From: the human T2T-CHM13v2.0 reference genome, Homo sapiens
Assembly: GCF_009914755.1 (NCBI RefSeq)
Contig: NC_060934.1
Direction: 5' to 3' (one strand)
DNA length: 64,000 nucleotides
The notes below the pieces were generated by a model, which saw nothing but the letters and a program-made list of their open reading frames with translations, had not been told where the DNA came from and searched no databases. The translations under genes were made by a program, and so were the position numbers. Shown here piece by piece: positions 58,745 through 64,000 of the stretch; position 1 is the first letter of the stretch, and every line of letters begins with the position of its first letter.

Positions 58745-61700
58745 CCCCAGGCTGTGGATGCCTCTGGGGGAACTTGGGTCAGCAATGGCCAGAGGAGCTC
58801 CTGAACTTAAGCAGTATCTGCCGCCTCCCTACCTTTGGGTGTCTTCTGGTGGCCAATGTGCTGCTGTCAGGACTCTTGCTGGCTCCCAAATTCGACTGGG
58901 CAGCCTCCAAAGCAGTGGAGTCCAGCGCTACTGCTGCCTCTGCCTCGTGGATCTCAGAGCTGCAGGACAGCTTCACCCATCACACCCTCAGATAGCCCCA
59001 CTTGTGGCTGGCATTGGGGGACAGCATGTTCTGGGCACCTCTGCTCCCGTATATCGCGGCCTGCATCTTCACAGTCTGCATGCTGGTAGACGTCAGAGCC
59101 ACAGGCTGGCTCTGTGAACCCTTGTGCCAATTGGGGCTGGCTTTGGTGCATATGCAATAGTTCAGTGTGGGCCCCATGGGGCACCCCTACTCTTCTCAGG
59201 CAGCTTGGGTCTTCGCTTGCACCCAAGTCTGCAGGGCTCAACACCTATCGCCTCTTCCTGGCAAAAGCATGGCTGGCACGGGCAGCCCTGGGCCATGGGG
59301 TGGCACTGCGCTAGCAGCCTGCACCCCGTGTCACCCCCGTACTCTGAGCTGACTTGTCTGCTAAAAAAAAACCTGCCAACCTGTCTGGTTTATTTTAGAA
59401 GGGCCTGGATGCAACAAGCCTGAGAGCTGTGGCCTGGGGAGGAGAGAGCACAGATTCATCCTCCTTCCACCGCTGCCCAACAACTGAAAACCACCAACTG
59501 AGGACCACCAACTGAAGAGAAACAACTGAGGGTACCAACTGAGGGCACTAACCAAAGGCAACCAATGAGGACACCCACTGAAGGCCACCAAGTGAAAGCC
59601 AGTTGCCCTGCCAACCAGACTGTATCCTGGTTACAGGAAACAATCAGGCCCAGAATCCTTTGCATGTGTCCCCCCAACTTGGAATTCAGAGCTCAAGCAT
59701 CAGGCTCTTAAGGCCCCGCCCTGCCAGTGGACTCGTCCCACCTCATTTATTGCTGGCTGCTGGGAGCTTTCAGGTTGCTCACTGTGATGAAGTTCCTAGG
59801 GATCATCACCTTACAATGAATTATGCTAAAATTACTGAAACCAAATCTGCTTCATGTACTATCTGGGATTCATAGAACCCCACTTTCCCCCATAACCTCT
59901 GAAATTTTTGCAAACTAAAAAAAGACAAATTTCTGCAGCTGCTTTCAGAAAAACACATTGCCATGAGCTATGCCTACACTATAATGACAAATCATATTTC
60001 ATATATATGTACATATATATTCAATCCACACATATTCCATTTACATTTTTGAAAATAACACATGTATTCAATCAAATTAACAAGAGTAATAGAAGACATT
60101 TTCTAAAATATATACACTAAGTATATCACAGTTTTCTAGTGATCATTTTGATACAGCAACTTAGAATCTATGGCTTCAACACACAAAGAGGCTTACGTAA
60201 GAGAAAAGCACCACATAATTCAAGATTTGAAATGTGATCATCATTGCTACTTTTAACTGGCAATTACCCAGGAAATGTATTGTAAACTCCTTTGTGACTA
60301 TGGCGACTCATTTAATCTTTGTGATCCTTGGTCTGATTTTCTCAAAAAGATGAGTAACACCATTTTATAAACTTGCTCTAAAAATTAAATGATAGAAAAA
60401 TAATCCTTCTCTATATATTGAACACTAACAAAATTATAGGCATTGTGTCCAGATTTTTGCACACTTACCTTATCGAAGCCTCATAACAACCCTATCTTTT
60501 AAATTACAGGCATTTTGTCCACCCAAATTTTTACTCATTTAACTTACGGAAGCCTCATAAGAATCCCCTCTTTTATAGATAAGCAAAGTGAGGTTCTGAG
60601 GAGTTAAAAACACATTCATGATCACATCCTAATGAGTGTTGGAACTTGGATTCAACTCCAGTTCTCTCTGATGCCAAAGGTGGTGCAAACTTAATGAAGA
60701 CCAAGTTATACCCAGTACATGGAGGGATCAAACATGTGAATTCCCTTTCTCTATCCTCTTATGTGTGAATTTCAATGGCTTTCACAGCCTCAGAACAATC
60801 CTAAACTCCCGCCCAGGTTGCCTTGCAGTCATTCCCTTCTTCTTGGAAATGCTGGGAATCTGCATATGTAGACCACAAGCATCTCCTTGGAAACAGGTTT
60901 GTTGATCAAGGAATGAAATTTTTGGCCTAGGATGGTGACTCACGCCTATAATCCCAGTACTTAGGGAAGCTAAGGTGAGCAGATCACCTGAGGTCAGGAG
61001 TTCGAGACCGGCCTGACCAACATGGTGAAACCCCATCTCTCCTAAAAAGAACAACATTGGTCAGGCCTGATGGCGCATGCCTCTAATCCCAGCTACACGG
61101 GAGGCTAAGGCAGGAGAATCGTTTGAACCCAGGAGGCAGAGGTTATAGTGACCTAAATTATAGGTATTGTGTCCAGATTTTACACACTTACCTTATAGAA
61201 GCCTCACAGAAACTCTCTCTTTTAAATTACAAACATTTTTGCCTTGGTTTTTACACACCTTATGGAAGCCTCATAACAATCACATCTTTTATAGATGAGA
61301 AAACTGAGGCTTTGGATGCCTCTGGGGGAAACGTGGGCCATCAGCAGCCAGAGGTGCTCCTGAATCTAAACAGTATCCGTCGCCTCCCTACCTTTCGGGG
61401 TCTTCTGGTGCCGCTGTCAGGACACTCACTGGCTCCCAAATTCGATTGGGCAGCCTCCAAAGCAGTGGGGTCCTGCGCTACTACCACCTCCACTTCGTGG
61501 ATCTCAGAGCTGCAGGAAAGCTTCACCCACCGCACCCTGAGCTAGCCCAATTGCGGCTCGCAGTGGGGGAAAGCGTGTTCCGGGTGCTTCTGGTCCTGTA
61601 TATCGCAGCTTGCGCCTTCGCTGTCTGCACACTCGTAGATGTCAGAGCCACAGGCTGGCTCTGCAGAACCCCTTTGCCAGCCCTGACTGGGGCTGGCTTT

Positions 61701-64000
61701 GGTGCACATGCGACAGTTCAGTGTGGGCCCCATGGGGCACCCCTGCTCTTCTCAGGCAGCTTGGGCCTTCCCTGGCCCCCACGACTGCAGAGCTCAACAC
61801 CTATCGCCTCTTCCTGACAAAGGCATGGCTGGCACGGGCAGCCCTGGGCCATGAGGCGACACTGCACTAGCATCCCGCAACCCGCTTCACCCCTGTACCC
61901 TGAGCTGACTTGTCTGCTAAAAAAATCCTGCCACCTGTCTAGTTTATTTTAGAAGGGCCTGGAGGCAACAAGCCTGAGAGCTGTGACTGGGGGAGGAGAG
62001 AGCACAAATGGATTCATCCTCCTCCCACCACTGCCCAACAACCGAAGACCACCAACTGAGGACCGCCAACTGAAGAGAAACAACTGAGGGCACTAAACGA
62101 AGGCAACCAATGAGAACACCCACTGAAGGCCACCAAGTGAAGGCCAGTTGTCCTGCCAACCAGAACGCATCCTGGTTCTGGGGAAACAATCAGGGCCAGA
62201 ATCTCCTGCATACATCCCCACAAACTTCGGACTTGAGAGCACAGGCACATGGCTCACAAGGCCTCGCCCTGCCAGCGGCCCCACCCCACCTTTCATTCAT
62301 TGCTGGCTGCTGGGACCTTTCAGGTTTCTCATTGTGAAGAAGTTCCGAGGGATCATCACTTTACAATGAATGATGCTAAAATTACTGAAACCAAATGTGC
62401 CTCACGCAGTGTCTGACATTCATAGAACCCCCTTTCCCCCATAATCTCTGAAACACTAACAAACTGGAAATAAGAGTGATTTCTTCAGGTGCTTTCAGAA
62501 AAAAACATTGCCATGAACTAAGCCTACTCTATAATGTCCAGTCATATTTCATATATACACATACAAGTCCAATCAATATATATTCCATTTACGTTTTTGA
62601 AAATAACACATATTTGCAATCAAATTAACAAGACTAACGGAAGAAATTTTCTAAAATTTACACACTAACTACATCACATTTTTCTAATGATCGCTTTGGT
62701 AGAGCAACTTAGAATATATGGTTTCAAAACACCAAAAGGATTATGTAAGTGAAAACTACCACATAATACAAAATTTTCAATGTGATCATCATTGCTACTT
62801 TTAACTAGAAATTACACAAGGAACGCATTGTGAACTGCTGTGTGACTTTGATGATCTATTTATTCTTTCTGATCATTGATTTCATCGTCTAAGAAATATG
62901 AGTATCACCATTTTTATAAACTGGCTCTGAAAATTAGATGAGAGAATATAATCTCCTTCTCCATATACTGAACACTGAAAAAATCATAGGTATTGTGTCC
63001 AGATTTTTATACACTTACTTTATAGAAGCCTCATAGAAATCCTCTCTTTTAAGTTACAAGCATTTTGCCATGGTTTTTACACACTTACCTTACCGAAGCC
63101 TCATAACAAGCACATCGTTTACAGATGAGAAAACTGAGACTCTGGATGCCTCTGCAGGATTCTTGGGCCAGCAATGGCTAGAGGAGTTCCTAAACTTCAG
63201 CAGTATCTGTCACCTCCCTACCTTTGGGCGTCTCCTGGTGCTGCTGTCAGGTCCCTCACTGGCTCCCAAATTCAACTGGGCAGGTTCCATAGCAGTGGAG
63301 TCTGGCGCTAGGGCCACCACCACCTCGTGGATCTCAAAGCTGCAGGACAGCTTCACCCTCCGCATTCTGAGCAGACCCCACTTGCAACTGGCAGCAGGGG
63401 CAGCGTGTTCTGGGTGCCTCTGCTCCTGTATATCGCAGCCTGCGCCTTCGTTGTATGCACACTTGTAGACGTCAGAGCCACAGGCTGGCTCTGCAGAAAC
63501 CTTGTGCCGGCCCTGACTGGGGCTGGCTTTGGTGCACATGCGACAGTTCAGTGTGGTCCCCATGGGGCACCCCTGCACTTCTCAGGCAGCTTGGGTGTTC
63601 GCTTGTCCCCAAGTCTGCAGAGCTCAACACCTATCGCCTCTTCCTGGCAAAGGCATGGCTGGCACGGGCACCCCTGGGCCATGGGGTGGCACTGCACTAG
63701 CAGCCTGCACCCTGTGTCACCCCTGTACCCTGAGCTGACTTGTCTGTTAAGAAAAACCTGCCAACCTGTCTGGTTTATTTTAGAAGGGCCCGGAGGCAGC
63801 AAGCCTGAGAGCTGTGACTGGGGGAGGAGAAAGCACAGTTTCATCCTCCTTCCACCATTGCCCTACAACTGAAGACCACCAACTGAGGACCACCACCTGA
63901 AGAGCGCCAACTGATGGTACCAACTGAGGGCACTATCTGAAGGCAACCAATGAGGACACCCACTGAAGGCCACCAAGTGAAGACCAGTTGCCCTGCCAAC
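58745..64000. repeat. Tandem low-copy array: 3 diverged units (starts ~58756, 61314, 63144; periods 2558 and 1830 bp), running off the window
   Basis: Shared GGATGCCTCTG...GGCTCCCAAATTC...GTCAGAGCCACAGGCTGGCTCTG...CCCCATGGGGCAC blocks; each GC-rich block is followed by a CCAACTGA minisatellite and an AT-rich, MIR-containing spacer. Confidence 0.93.
59478..59600. repeat. ~13-bp minisatellite (CACCAACTGAGGA-like); copies also at ~62035-62140 and ~63865-63985
   Basis: Repeated CCAACTGA(G/A)(G/A) motifs at the same position of each array unit. Confidence 0.85.

Overview
Human (primate) genomic DNA, dense in Alu, L1 and LTR repeats. The main feature is a complete 9,180-bp type 1 HERV-K(HML-2) provirus at 7413-16592 (+). 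It has two 968-bp LTR5_Hs LTRs differing at only 2 positions, a 6-bp ATGGGG target-site duplication (TSD), open gag, pro and pol frames, the type 1 pol-env fusion, an intact spliced np9, and a +1 frameshift that removes the Env membrane anchor. It is inserted inside an older ERV1 (MER4-group) element. Its primer-binding site (PBS) is a perfect complement of tRNA-Lys(CUU) and is 1 nt shorter than the HML-2 leader as I recall it. This puts an ATG inside the 5' LTR in frame with gag, giving a 758-aa Gag with a hydrophobic N-terminal extension, similar in layout to MLV glyco-Gag. The right end carries decayed genomic copies of the last two exons of APBB1IP/RIAM (minus strand, splice sites kept) next to a tandem array of 1.8-2.6-kb units. 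Together these suggest chr10p12.1, i.e. the K103 provirus allele and the FAM238C/LINC00202 lncRNA; that assignment is from recall and needs checking. No intact cellular protein-coding gene is evident. Repeat subfamily calls are by eye and their boundaries are approximate.
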